Below are positions 1 to 13,372 of a stretch of DNA of 64,000 nt, piece after piece. The position numbers and the translations under genes were made by a program. Under the pieces are notes generated by a model that did no database searches, was not told the DNA's origin, and saw only the letters and a program-made list of their open reading frames with translations. Source of the stretch: Phoronis australis (taxonomy: Eukaryota; Animalia; Phoronida); NCBI GenBank assembly GCA_002633005.1, contig NMRA01000103.1:713612-777611 (forward strand), written 5' to 3'. Position 1 is the first letter of the stretch; each line of letters opens with the position of its first letter.

Positions 1-2103
1 AGAGCGATAGTTGATTGAAAATAAAAACCATCTGCTTCATCTCTTCAATAGTGTTAAACATTTTTGGACTCCTGTTATTTCAAGAAATTCAAAGGGACTG
101 AGAAATTTTTGGAAGGTGGGTCAACTGTACCCCAGTGTTTTTAAGAACACGATGAACACTGCGTATGCATAACAAAATATCTCATATTATAAAAATTCAA
201 ATCATTTAGCCAACATTTTTTTTACTTTCGCTAAGTTATCTTAATACAACCTCAACAGCTCAAGAATTTTCGTATCCTCAAGTTACCCCTCACAGGTGTT
301 TCACAGGTATGCATGTATGAACAGCAAAGAGAGTAAATGAAACTACAGCCAAAACGATGGCTTCAGCTGGTCTCAAAAATTGTACTTGAAGTTATTCAAA
401 ATCCTCCCTACTGATGCACTATTAATGTCTGTTATCACGGGTTTCCAGGTGCATTCGACGCCATTTTGAGAGCCACATGACCTGCTACAATGAAGTTCAC
501 ACATGCGGAGGTATGAAACACCTATGAGCGATAATTTGAGGTGCTTCGGATGATCTCAATACCACATAATCACTAACCCCCCCCAACCCTTGTGAACGGG
601 ACATTTTCTTCCTACTCATGACCTAAGTATAAATAAAAGAAATATGACGAATAACTCAACATACAGGCTGGTTTCAAAATTGCACTTGGCATCATAGCAA
701 ATAGTTTCAAAAATTGAAAGGAACCGAAATGCTACATGGAATTTTGTCAAAGTACATAGCTTTTAACATTCAAGTTAACTTGTCTACGACTGAATGATTT
801 CTTTGGGATGGAAATCATTTTGTCTTACAGCATGGAAAAGCTACAGACACGTTTTGTTCGGTTGAGGAATCTCATTTACAATTTGTGTTTCAGGCAATGA
901 AAATGAAAGAAATCTCCCCTTAACAATGCATGCAAAGTTAGTGTCAGTAGAGACTCTTTTGTTTCGTTTGTCACGCAACTGATTGAACTCAGATTATGAT
1001 GTTAAATCAGCAATCGTTTTTATTTGGTAAAATTGACTACAACAACAAGATAATTAATAATGGCCCAGAGAATACTAATCTTACAAATTTCAGACAAAAA
1101 CAATTGCAAAAATAGCTCGTTATTTGTGAAACTCAGTTTTCAAACCATTGTCATGAGGTAGCTATGATACAGATCTTAATTGCGGGAATGCGGTAATTTG
1201 AAAACTGAGAAAACAAAATTGCACATGTCTACCATAATGTGTCTTGAAATGTTAAAACTTTACTGTAACATATGTCCAAGATAACCGGAGATTTCAATTT
1301 TTGTTAACACCAGAAATGTAAGCCTTCCCACTTGAGCATCTCCAAATGATAATTTGTGGTCCCCAAACATGAATAAGAACACAGTAAACAGTCAGAAGAT
1401 TGCCAGAGAAACAGGGGAGATCGTTACAGATGGGAGTAATTAACATCAACACTGCCTAACGAGGACTGTTGCCTCAAATGCTGCCTGATTACAACTGTAC
1501 TCGATGGCTGAGTTAGTACAGGACCCCAAGTTCACAGTCGCGACAAATTCTTTCTACCTGCACACAGGCCACCAGCACTGGAATACTTACTGCGCCGTTT
1601 ATTTTCAGCAAAAATACCATCAAGCAGTCATTGAGGAACATTAGCCCAAAAAACATTAATTCACTCATCCAAGAGGCATTGTAGCTTCATATCAAGTTTA
1701 AGATAATCCATAATAAATCATAAACATTTTCAAAAGTGCACATAAACTACACTGAGGCCCGAGGTTAACAGCTGACACATGCCTTTAAAATTCATTGAAA
1801 CTATCGGTGAAAATCATCTACACTAGGAAGAGAAAACTTGATATTTCTGGAAGTTTTATAAACAAAAATACCGTATGCAGGTGGGCCCATGTTCTGTTTT
1901 TTGCCCAGGGACAACCACAAATGGCTTGTGAAGGTTGTTGCTAAACACAAGTAGGAACAGTTTCGTCAAATATACAGTAGTTGTAACAGATGATCGCGCG
2001 TCACCAATCACGCGCTGACCCATTCAGCATACATACACGAGAATGACCTTTGACCCAACAACGCCCAGGTATAAGTATTCAGTCATGTCACACATGCACG
2101 TAC

Positions 2104-2217
2104 CTGCTGTAACCTATGTTCCGCCGCGCTCAGTTTGTCCTGCTTGCTGGCCAACTGACTCTCCAGCTCTGCTATCTTCTCCCCCTGAGCTTCTACTTGG
2201 TCCGTCAGAACACTCAC
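2104..2217 (-). CDS. PPFIBP1: Liprin-beta, coding exon 4 (VSVLTDQVEAQGEKIAELESQLASKQDKLSAAEHRLQQ); gene continues left of the window
   Basis: VSVLTDQVEAQGEKI is the conserved liprin-beta coiled-coil motif. Acceptor ttttcacctgaccag, donor CAG|GTACGT, 114 nt, phase 0/0. Confidence 0.95.
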
Positions 2218-2569
2218 CTGGTCAGGTGAAAATGAAACTAATTATCGTTGTATTTTTTGAAACATTACACTATCGCTTTATCAGTTCCAAAGTTCATTAA
2301 CGAAAATACACAATCACTGTATGAGAGGCATATCGGCCTGAATGTCACACTAGAAAACAGAAACAACTCTTTGTCTAGTAGGTATTGCATTTTTGGGGTA
2401 AGCCTGGGAAGTAAAAGTTTAAAAAATGCACAGAGATAGGCTCTTCGCATCACTTAATAACGGACACAAAGTTTCAGGCCTATTAAATTCAGACGTCAGA
2501 TGGAAGTCCAGGCATGCCGTTTGGGTCAATTTGTATTGTGCTCCATCAAGTGGTTTCAGAGATAATCAA

Positions 2570-2672
2570 CACACAAGCAGACGGATGGACAGACAAACGG
2601 ACAGACGAGCACATGGAATGACGGGATGACCTCTACATCTACCGACAAAACTTTTTGCAGGAACATAAAAAC
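2570..2672 (+). mobile_element. Probable 3' end of a Helentron/HINE-like element; similar remnant at about 8288-8365
   Basis: Degenerate (GACG/GACA)n microsatellite followed by a short imperfect hairpin and an A-run. Confidence 0.4.
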
Positions 2673-2898
2673 CATGGTCTGTAGTCACACTGTACACGAC
2701 ATCCCAAAACAAATTAAATAACAGTTCCGGTTCACGAGACGAGCATTTCATGCCCTTTCAAGAAATTTTGATGCCATTCTGCTTAATAACAAGTTTCTCG
2801 GTAGACAACAACTATCTGTTGATCAAAATGGTGCAAATCTCATCATGGGCCTGTGTATCCTCATGTACATCCTTGTATGACCTTTGACCTAACCTCAC

Positions 2899-2991
2899 CT
2901 GCAGACTCAGGCTCTCTCTATCAGCTTCTAGCCTGCTCAGTTTGGCGTCCAAATTGTCCTCGATTGGGCTCCCTGGAAGGCCATTGGTTTG
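2899..2991 (-). CDS. PPFIBP1: Liprin-beta, coding exon 3 (QTNGLPGSPIEDNLDAKLSRLEADRESLSLQ)
   Basis: Acceptor ctctgtttcag, donor CAG|GTGAGG, 93 nt, phase 0/0. Matches the recalled liprin-beta segment LARLENDKESLVLQ. Confidence 0.93.
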
Positions 2992-3841
2992 CTGAAACAG
3001 AGGATGGAGATGTCACACTTCTGGTACACATGTAATAGCAGTTGGGAAATTCCTTTAAACATCAGGTGGTACTGACAATCACCTGCGACTGCAGCAGTCT
3101 TCGAACAGAGACCGAGGCATGCGTAAGAGGCTTACACCCAAATTTACGGTATGATAACATTGAGTGTAATGTAATATAGTTGTACAATGTCTATCTGTCC
3201 CCAGGACCAGAGTGACTTAAGTAAATTTTTGACTTAAGTCTAAGATTTGTCTTTACTTCCAAACTTTGAAACTGCCACATGCAGTAAGACAGTCAAAATT
3301 AAGACAAAACTTAACTCAAACTTAACATCTCTTTCTTGAAACGATCATGAGACAAATTTAAGTTTTATGTTAAAATTAACTAAAAGTTAAGATGTGTCTT
3401 AGTCAAGTCAGTTTTGTTAGAACGGACCTCTGGTCTTTAATCAGCTATGAAATACATAGCGTAAGTCTTCAATAGCAGCTCATGAAGCTCCACCTATGGT
3501 CAAATCTCACCAATTTGGAAACAAAATATCGTTTTCCCATAAAAGATAGGTAGCACCATCATTTTTAAGATCTATACAAATACCATGAGACAGACAATGA
3601 TTCTAAGACGTGGGCATTTAGAACAATGTTTGAAACCTTTGAAAATGACAAAAAGACCAACTTTGGCAAATATTTATGTCCAAGATTGGCGAAATTTTAT
3701 TGTGACGCAGCTTTTACAATATTCACAGCTACAACAGCCATTTGAGATTGTCATCATTCACGCAGAGAGTAAGCACCATTAAAAACCTAGTTGGTGGTTT
3801 TAGTTGCTGGTCACCTGTACCACTGAATTTATTACTGATAT

Positions 3842-4004
3842 CAGTGGCGGATTTAGGGAGAGGGGGCCCAAGGGGGCCATGACCCACTTAAAATTCTCCC
3901 AGATTCCATTTGGCAGTTCGGGGGTGCGAAAGTCTGATGGGCAAAATCCTGGCTAATACTCTGCCCTGCCCTCCCCCCTAACTCAAATCCTGTATCCGCC
4001 CCTG
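3842..4004. mobile_element. MITE family A (CAGTGGCGGAT...ATCCGCCCCTG)
   Basis: Terminal inverted repeats, GATAT directly flanking both ends, and two further copies in the window. Confidence 0.85.
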
Positions 4005-5148
4005 GATATGCAATGCTTATAACTTAACAACTGTGCTGACCGTTCACACCATAACAACAACTGACTAAACCACTCGTGCACTTGTAACTGTGCTACAGTT
4101 AACAACCTTTAGAATCTGTTTTTAAACTGTTCATTACGACAGTTATAACATCTAAAGTCTTCCTCAAACAGAGTTTTCCATACAGTCCTGGCAAGGCTTT
4201 AGCAACGCAGGAAAATACGATTTGAGTACTCCGTCAACCGGTATGGGGAGTCGACCTTTTCTCACCAAATTGCGTCACTCCGAGAAAACAGCAAACTAAG
4301 AGTGGCTACAGTGGTGGTTTTGCTTACATATCAAGAGGTACTAACTTTACATGTTACCATTCAAGGTAGACTTTGAACCAGTCTTAAAAGATATGACTGC
4401 TTTGAATTGAATGGTATAAACGTTGCAAAACGACAAAAGATACCGACGACTGATCAGCCATCAATAGTTACAGGAGGACATTGTCCTGAAAATCAAATAC
4501 AAACTAACATTAGGAACCTGTTTCTAGAAAAAAGACTACTGAACTACATAAATAAACCAAAAGCTAGAAATATGACAGAGAATTGTCAAAATTGGCTTTT
4601 TTAGTCTTTTGCATTTCTCAAAACACAATGCCTTCTGTCTAGTTGAGCACGTTCCCCTATTTCTGCCTTTTGACTTCAAGTGGTATACACAGATTATCTG
4701 ACTTTCAGCTTTAAGTTAGTGATATATAGACTGATTTTTAGCCAAAGTCAAACAACAAAAGCCAAGTGACTTCTAGAAACAAGCTCCAGAAACAAGCCTC
4801 AGGGTTCTGTTTTGTGTGAAGCGACTTGACGACAAGTCAGAAATTTGGTCTTACGCTCCATACATCTATTTCTGAAAAAAATTAAAACTCACTTGAGCAA
4901 AGGTGCAAAGCCTCAGCCAGAGAATATTCACCTAACAGCTAGTTGCTAAAATAATTTCCATCAATTATTTCAAGACTGCGATGAGTTCATCGTAATTACT
5001 TAACTAAACCTTTGTTCTGTAACTATCACGAGGGAACACACACCAAAGTTCTGTCTTAAGCCTTAAAAAAAGTCACTCTTGTGAAACAGATCTCAGCTGT
5101 TACTGGATTTGTATGGCAACAATCACAAGCACAAACAATATGAACAAC

Positions 5149-5307
5149 CTGTCGGAATCGGTCATCACGTAGGAAACGACCGTGCAGGGTCCTAGGAGAC
5201 GGCGACCGTTTCCGTGGCAACGTATTGTAGTAGGGGTTCGGGACAGAGGTGTCCGCCACTCGGTACGGCGGGTCGCAACTCCAAGTTGTAAACCGCGACG
5301 ATGCCAT
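5149..5307 (-). CDS. Candidate alternative first coding exon of liprin-beta (MASSRFTTWSCDPPYRVADTSVPNPYYNTLPRKRSPSPRTLHGRFLRDDRFRQ)
   Basis: CpG-rich patch in an AT-rich intron. ATG in good context (gacATGG), 53 open codons, then CAG|GTTGTT in phase 0, compatible with exon 3. The donor is weak and no homology was recognised. Confidence 0.45.
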
Positions 5308-6891
5308 GTCTTGATTTCACCACTTCAAAATTCCATATGCTCTTGGCTTTCCAGACATTCCCACACGGATTCACAGAAAACTGCAAGTTACTGCAGTGCA
5401 CCTTCACAGAAAGTTACCATGGCAACAGACTAGTGAACAAAAACAATCTCCTGCCTTTTGAAGTAGAAAATGAGTGGCAGATCTCTAGTAAATTACAAGG
5501 GCACTGTTCGAATTACAGACTTGCAGATCGACAACACCGAATCCTCGCGTAACTTCAGCATCAAAAGCACTCCAGGTCCTTATCTAGAAGGAAGTCAGCC
5601 AGCTAACAGTTAAGCATTGACGATGGCAATTTTTCAAAATTTTCCCCAACAATCCTGATGTGTTTGTGTAAACTTGCAACCGGGGAAATTGCGACCACGC
5701 CAGCTGTAACAATTAGACCAATTAGAGGCCATAACAGCAAAACTTGTTCAGCAATATCAAGAGGTCAACAGCACAGCATTGCTCCAGCAACATGCACAGC
5801 AGAACCCGTCACCTCAGAGATCAGGTAAACAAAACTGATCGGACCATGACGCCAGCTCAAACATACAGATCACCAATGATTCACACCATATGCCAGCACA
5901 GTTCAATTTAATTCAACATCAGTGCTCTAGGGCTATTTCCAGCGCAATTAGCTGTGTGAATTACTGTTGATGATAACCTTCTGGAGTGACAGAAAATACC
6001 ACGTTTCACCCAATAAGTGCCTCCGTCTTCATAATGTTCTTACAACTGTTGTAATACGATACTTGAAACACATGACAGATTTTCTGTNGTTACCATTCAA
6101 GGTAGACTTTAAACCAGTCTTAAAAGATATGACTGCTTTGAATTGAATGGTATAAACGTTGCAAAACGACAAAAGATACTGACGATTGATCAGCCATCAA
6201 TAGTTACAGGAGGACATTGTCCTGCAAATCAAATACAAACTAACATTAGGGACCTGTTTCTAGAAAAAAAGAATACTGAACTACATAAATAAACCAAAAG
6301 CTAGAAATATGACAGAGAATTGTCAAAATTGGCTTTTTTAGTCTTTTGCATTTCTCAAAACACAATGCCTTCTGTCTAGTTGAGCACGTTCCCCTATTTC
6401 TGCCTTTTGACTTCAAGTGGTATACACAGATTATCTGACTTTCAGCTTTAAGTTTGTTTACGAGATAAGTGATATATAGACTGATTTTTAGTCAAAGTCG
6501 AAAAACAAAAGCCACGTGACTTCTAGAAACAAGCTAAAGAAACAAGCCCCAGGGTTCTGTTTCGTGTGAAGCGACTTGACGACAAGTCAGAAATTTGGTC
6601 TTACGCTCTATACACCTATTTCTGAAAAAAATAACACTCACTTGAGCAAAGGTGCAAAGCTTCAGAGAATATTCACCTAACAGCTAGTTGCTAAAATAAT
6701 TTCTATCAATTATTTCAAGACTGCAATGAGTTCATGGTAATTTACTTAACTAAACCTTTGTTCTGTAACTATCACGAGGGAACACACACCAAAGTTCTGT
6801 CTTAAGTCTTAAAAGTCACTCTTGTGAAACAGATCTCAGCTGTTACTGGATTTGTATGGCAACAATCACAAGCACAAACAATATGAACAAC

Positions 6892-7050
6892 CTGTCGGAA
6901 TCGGTCATCACGTCGGAAACGACCGTGCAGGGTCCTAGGAGACGGCGACCGTTTCCGTGGCAACGTATTGTAGTAGGGGTTCGGGACAGAGGTGTCCGCC
7001 ACTCGGTACGGCAGGTCGCAACTCCAAGTTGTAAACCGTGATGATGCCAT
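6892..7050 (-). CDS. Second (probably allelic) copy of the candidate alternative first exon
   Basis: Same 159-nt frame. Differs by two synonymous changes (TCG>TCA) and two missense changes (P>L, L>R). Confidence 0.4.
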
Positions 7051-9604
7051 GTCTTGATTTCACCACTTCAAAATTCCATATGCCCTTGACTTTCCAGACA
7101 TTCCCACACGGATTCACAGAAAACTGCAAGTTATTGCAGTGCACCTTCACAGAAAGTTACCATGGCAACAGACTAGTGAACAAAAACAATCTCCTGCCTT
7201 TTGAAGTAGAAAATGAGTGGCAGATCTCTAGTAAATTACAAGGGCACTGTTCGAATTACAGACTTGCAGATCGACAACAACGAATCCTCGCGTAACTTCA
7301 GCATCAAAAGCACTCCAGGTCCTTATCTAGAAGGAAGTCAGCCAGCTAACAGTTAAGCATTGACGATGGCAATTTTTCAAAATTTTCCCCAGCAATCCTG
7401 ATGTGTTTGTGTAAACTTGCAACCGGGGGAAATTGCGACCAAGCCAGCTGTAACAATTAGACCAATTAGAGGCCATAACAGCAGAACTTGTCCAGCAATA
7501 TCAAGAGGTCAACAGCACAGCATTGCTTCAGCAACATGCACAGCAGAACCTGTCACCTCAGAGATCAGGTAAACAAAACTGATCGGACCATGACGCCAGC
7601 TCAAACATACAGATCACCAATGATTCACACCATATGCCAGCACAGTTCAATTTAATTCAACATCAGTGCTCTAGGGCTATTTCCAGCGCAATTAGCTGTG
7701 TGAATTACTGTTGATGATAACCTTCTGGAGTGACAGAAAATACCACGTTTCACCCAATAAGTGCCTCCGTCTTCATAATGTTCTTACAACTGTTGTAATA
7801 CGATACTTGAAACACATGACAGATTTTCTGTCCAGGTCCAGCAACGAACAATGCACTAACAAAGTGCTCAACGCTTTGGTTCCTCCAACCGTTACAAAAT
7901 AATACCGCTCTTCCCAGTCTATCGATATTTCTGGGAGAATTTATTTGTGTGAAAACAGTACTCCCCAGCATTCATGCATCCCTGAACAGTATCCAGCTTT
8001 CTATTGCTTACCCAACAGATCAACAGATCACTGCCAGAATGTCAGACCTTCAAAGCGTTCTTTTGAAAGGGGAATACCCTAATTCATGATTAAGAGTGTG
8101 AACTGCAGCACTGATAAAGAATGATTAGAAAATGGCAGTACAAAAATAATATAATTGGCTAACCGAAATTTTTAACATTCATGACAACTGACCATTTCCA
8201 ACACACTACAGAAAAAATTTGAATCCTTCAAGAGTGAAAAATTTCAATACTTGTATTAAAATAGCACACTATTGTTTATAATAATAACGTACGGATGGAC
8301 GTACAGACATGAGGACAGGTGGTCATGAAAACTATGTCCCCTGTTAACAGACAGTGGGAAACAGTAACTCAACCAATAGATACGCGCGACAGTGACGTGT
8401 GTTACCACAAGAGTTGCAAATCTGAAACATGTATAAAAACACAGGGTAAAATATTTTCAAACAGAATTGAAATCCAAAATGTTTGATAATCAGCATGAAT
8501 TTTGAAATTCTATGCCAATTCATTTATCACCAGGGAGTGCTGATTCACAAAATGAATGTTGTGAGCAATAGTTGCACACTTCCTTAAACAAGCAAAATTT
8601 GGATTACAGTTAAGGTTATGTAGAATGTTATTTACATGTCCGTGTACTAATAGCTAAATATCTACAAAACAGCAGATTTTAACTCAGTAAAAGATTAACA
8701 TTTTCTGAAAGTAGACACCCTGTAAAATTTGATTTTTGACTTTTAAAAAAATTAGTAAAACAGAGAAGTACATTAATAGCAAAACAATGGTATCCATAAC
8801 ATGCGCAAACTGTATTTGATAAGAATGTTCAAGACAATGTCTAAAAAATGCCGTGACAGTTTTCTACAATATTTCGTTTTATTCAACTTTCATGAAAGTC
8901 AAAAAGCTCCTGTTTTTGATAGCCTCTCAAGCAAACGTGGACCATTTTAAAAACAGTGCCAAGCTGGGTTTTGGAGAACGGTGCACAGTAGAAGTTTCAG
9001 CCATTTCTGACATACGGTGTTCTGAATTTGGTTATTTTCCTAGGGTCCCACATAACCTTGACCGTGGAAGCTAATTTCCAGCATAGTAGACATCCAAAAT
9101 TCCATCGTGGGTTTATTTCAGACTTTGTTGCTGTATCGATTGCTAATTTTCCCTCAAACGCAAATTCGACGCCTTCTAAAGGTCAGAAACGATGCACTGC
9201 TTGAAGGAAAGGTCTGGCTGAGCCAACAGATAAATGGAGAGGAAACATGCAAAAGCTATTATCAATAGTGGCTAACAGCTTGTAAGGCCATCCAACTGAT
9301 CTTAGGAGGTTTAAAATAGACACTATCATAGTGGAGAAGACAGAAAACTAATTACAGTGAGGTCACAAGAGCATAGTGTAAGACAAGGAGAAAAACTGTA
9401 GAAACATCCATGTAATCTGCCTGTTGACGATGTAAACATGAGTTAAGCGGATAATGAAATTAGTCATAGTAGTTATTGATATGACAAATCAATACAAAAA
9501 GAGCAGCTCTGCCTACTTTCACACAGTTGTTGAGGGGAGCAAGCTCACTCAGGAGTGGTAATCAAACCCTTACCACAGGCCGCCAAACATTTGACGTGAA
9601 GCAA

Positions 9605-9710
9605 TACCCTTATAACCAGAGTATTATCCTTACAACCGCAGTAAAACCCTTATAACCCGAGTAAAATCCTTACAACCACAGTAAAACCCTTACAACCGCA
9701 GTAAAACCCA
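9605..9710. repeat. Minisatellite, ~20-bp unit (aaaacccttacaaccgcagt), about 5 copies
   Basis: Visible tandem array. Confidence 0.8.
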
Positions 9711-10071
9711 TTCGCCACAAAATTCTTACCATGAACTCCAAGAAATTACCACGTACAAAGCACCCAAACCACGGAAGTTGGACTAAGATCACATGGACAG
9801 AAAATGTTCGTATGGAGGGTTCTTTGTACATTGTAAGGGAGTGGAAAGGGTTCTCCTGACGTGGTTTTACTGCAACCATTGTCAAGACTTCCTGCATTGG
9901 ATTCTCAATTTCAAACTAGTTTAATCCTGTACACACCAATTAAAAAGTTGCAAAACTGCTCCTAAGCCACCAACAGAGGACGCTTCAGCGCAGCTATTCT
10001 ATCCAATAGGTGGCAGCACCTTACAGGCCTCCCCCACCGCAAACATAATTATCATTAGAAAGGTCACCAAC

Positions 10072-10319
10072 CTGAGGCAAAGATGATGTCTCCGCCACGT
10101 TAGCAAACCAATTCTTCAGAAACACCATGTTTTCTTTTGGAACTCGCTTCAAGAGTTGTTTTCCGTCTCGAGTCTGCTCCAGTGACAACTTTAGTTCTGA
10201 GATCAAGTCGGGAATATCGTGCTGGGAATGAGGCAGCTTGTTGTTGCCACTGACCAAAGGAGAGGAACACGAGTCGACACTGCCATTAGGGCTGGTCGGG
10301 CTGTCGCTAAAGTTAGAAC
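10072..10319 (-). CDS. PPFIBP1: Liprin-beta, coding exon 2 (GSNFSDSPTSPNG...LISELKLSLE...FLKNWFANVAETSSLPQ)
   Basis: Acceptor ggtttcag|GT completes the Gly codon begun in exon 1. 248 nt, open. The SPTSP motif and helical segment resemble liprin-beta. Donor CAG|GTTGGT is phase 0 and fits the next exon. Confidence 0.85.
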
Positions 10320-11197
10320 CTGAAACCAATATGGCAGAATGACAGCAACATTATACGAGACGGAGATCTCAAAGCTACAAACAGTGAAAAGGTGAGGATG
10401 AAAAACTGAATTTCAAAATAGAAATTAAACAACTTTGTAGGATACTGTAACCACAGAAACAATTGTATAAAATTAAGAACTTTAACCCGCCACACCCAAA
10501 GACTCGGTTTAGAGTAAACTTTAATATCTCTATAGATGGCGCTAGCGACTTTTTACTAGTCATCTATGTCACTGCTCAGCTAGTGTGAAAATTGTAATCA
10601 CTTCCCCCAATAGGTGGTAGCACTATGCACACATCAAGGATTTTCTCTACTTGAATGTGAAATTGAATGGAAAACATAAGCAAATAACAACACTGGTGGG
10701 TGATTAGTGGGGGCAATAAACCAATAACCTCAAAACCAAATGCTTAACTGAAAGGGATAGAACATTTTAGAAAACATGCGAAATCAAGAGAGTAATTCAT
10801 TTTGAAACATGCCAAAACTTTTTCTAAAAAACAATTTTGCACAAAACCTGGTGAAATTAATACAAAAAATTCCATATTAAACTGGTGAAACTAAGTCTCA
10901 GTAAACATGTTGTAGAAGTATCAGTTTAGGTAGCGGAACTGAAAATAAATGGGACTGTCTGAAGTGGATCTAAAATTAACACAGGAAGTTAAGAAACAAA
11001 AGACAAGGACAGCATGGCACCATACACATCCCATACCATTCACATTGACAGACAGGATGATTTGTAATGATTCTTTAGTTAGTCGCCACAAAAATAATTG
11101 CCACAATTGTCAAATTTTTTTAGTTTTTCATAGGACATACTGTACTTTACTGAAGTGATAAAAATTTTAACGAAGCAAAGCGTTGCTTAGTGACATA

Positions 11198-11346
11198 CCG
11201 TAAACATTCGGGTTAACGCCCTGGGCGGCTAAATTGGCAAACCCAAAAAATCAGGGGAGGGCGGTTAACCAGACATGGGCGTGAAATTTCAAGAAATCCA
11301 GGGTGGGCGGTTAACTGAACATGGGCGTTAACCCGAACGTTTACGG
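11198..11346. mobile_element. MITE with TA target duplication (Tc1/mariner-type)
   Basis: TIRs CCGTAAACATTCGGGTTAACGCCC and GGGCGTTAACCCGAACGTTTACGG (1 mismatch), with TA on both sides. Confidence 0.85.
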
Positions 11347-12681
11347 TAAGTATATATTCAAAAGATGGCATTACTGACCAGAAATTGAATCAATGTTATT
11401 GATCAAAAAAAATCTTGATAATTTATTTTTGTTCAAACTTTTTTATAAAAATAGTTTTATCATTCCCTTTCTCCATATTGTGTGAGAAATAAAAATGAAA
11501 GCATCAGATTTTACCTACAATAAGTTAGCCATTTTCTGATATAGCTGCGATAAAATACCCCTTCTCACTAGATGGCGCTGGGGTAGTTGGTGGACAGTGT
11601 TCTACATTTTTGTATGGATTTAAAGCAGTGGGATATTTTCTGTTTCTATAACTTTTTTGGTAATATTGCATCCCTCTGTAGATCAGTACATTTTCAAATA
11701 TCACAGAATAGCAAGCCATCTTAGCAAAAAGTATGTCAACAAATCACAAATTAATTTCACACCTACACCTAAGCATCAAAACAAGACCTCAATAAACATA
11801 AAACCCGAAAACCACCAACAGGTGTCTCCACCTAGCGCTCAAGCATGCAACCTGCTTATTCCCTAAGGCCACTATATTGCTTTTGAAACAAAATATTGAG
11901 GAAGGAATTCCAAGTATTTTAGTTTTCAAGTCTTGAATGACAACATTGGCAAATCTCCTTTTAAATTTGAGCAACTCGTGAAAAAAAAACAAACAAAAAC
12001 ACACATTGTAAAGTAAGACAAACCCCTATTGTCACTTGTTAGTCATATCACATGACAATGTGATCCCAACCCTGAAAACAACTGCAACAACCCTTATTCT
12101 CACTATGAAAAGCCACTCACTGATTTTCAACAGCATATTTTCACTGAAAAGTACTACCAAACATGTCAAAACGTGTGCCTCTCAACTCAGTTTTAAACAT
12201 GGTTTTCATCAAGGGTCACAGACCAAACTGTCTTGTATGACCAAAAGTGGCACTTCTTCAGAACACCCACAGGAGACATGATCCCAGGCAGTACTAAGGA
12301 GGTACACCTCCATAAATATCAATGAGGCTTGAAGCTGTTGAGAGAGATATTTACACTTACTCGAAGAAGTAAACAGAGAATCCATAGAATAAAACAACAA
12401 ATATTAACAAACAACAAGGCCACTACACAAAGTTAAACATTTAAACTGCATTTCCTCCTAATTGGCTGGCGAAAAATTGAAAATCGAATCGGACAATTTA
12501 CTCTCATAACATTCATGTGATAATAATCCTCACCATGATAAGGTTCTATTTCCATTGAACATAGAAATAGTCAGCCACTCATGAGAATGCTTTTCAAATT
12601 GAAATTCATTGGGGCTGGACTGAATAAATGCGAATTACCATAGGAAAACTTCAGAGCTTATAGTGGTTCGCAAACCCTAAA

Positions 12682-13173
12682 GGGTCTTTCATACTAATGT
12701 TGACGTCTTGGGGAGTTGCGGTCAGTATGAACGGTTAACTTCAGTCCTGGATCGAAGTTAACAGCGCCAGCTAACTTCGCACTAAACAGGTGGGTTTAAT
12801 AGCGGAGCGTCGACGCTGCAGTGCAGTATGAGCGGTCAACTTCGGCTCCATCGAAGTTATCGCTAGGTGCCACTGTTATCGTCAACAATTAATTGGTTGT
12901 GTAGACGCTAATAGTTATATTTTGCTCAAATAATCACCAATCAAATTAAAAATAATTTTTATGTCAATCAGCACATGTAAATGTTCCAAAATTGTCACAT
13001 TTAAAAAACCTTAGCGTGCAGCGCTACCTTGCGATAACTTCGATGGCAACAGTGTCACCTACAGTTTACTTCGATGTCCATTAACTATCGAAGCCAGTAT
13101 GAACGGTTTAGTTAACTTCGCAGGTTACGTCAACGCTCCGCTCAGACCGGGTTTACGTCACTAGGAAAAGGCC
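12682..13173. mobile_element. MITE, possibly PIF/Harbinger-type
   Basis: Imperfect TIRs (ggtctttcatactaatg / cactaggaaaaggcc), internal cagtatgaacgg..aacttcg repeats, CpG-rich. Confidence 0.6.
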
Positions 13174-13372
13174 TTAAGATTGCGAATTTGAAAATGGCGC
13201 ACGCAATTTGTCTGTGACTCAAGTTGGTAACGGAAATAGAAACCCATCACAATACGAAATATTACGAGACCAATTTCATGAGATTAAAATCCAGCTAAAC
13301 AGGACAAAGTGCAGCTCTAAAACACACGACAGCACATTCACCCACTGAAATTCAAATAAGCGAATGAACAAG

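Larger units (their letters stand above)
4353..7831. repeat. Direct duplication 4353-6087 / 6089-7831 across a single N (likely uncollapsed haplotypes)
   Basis: Near-identical copies abut the N at 6088 and differ by scattered SNPs and small indels. Confidence 0.85.
9970..11580 (+). promoter_or_regulatory. Cluster of co-oriented CTCF-like motifs around coding exon 2
   Basis: ccaacagaggacgct (9970), ccaataggtggcagca (10003), tctatagatggcgcta (10529), ccaataggtggtagca (10607), tcactagatggcgctg (11565). Matched by eye to the CCASYAGRKGGCRS consensus. Confidence 0.4.

Noticed and set aside
2044-2890. TGACCTTTGACC (DR1 nuclear-receptor-like) just past the donors of exons 3 and 4
   Set aside because: Only two short occurrences of a motif that is common in invertebrate repeats; no further support.
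10021-10329. 102-aa ORF as a stand-alone gene
   Set aside because: It is liprin-beta exon 2 plus intronic read-through. The alternative donor at the ORF end (CT|GTAAGG) is phase 2 and incompatible with exon 3.
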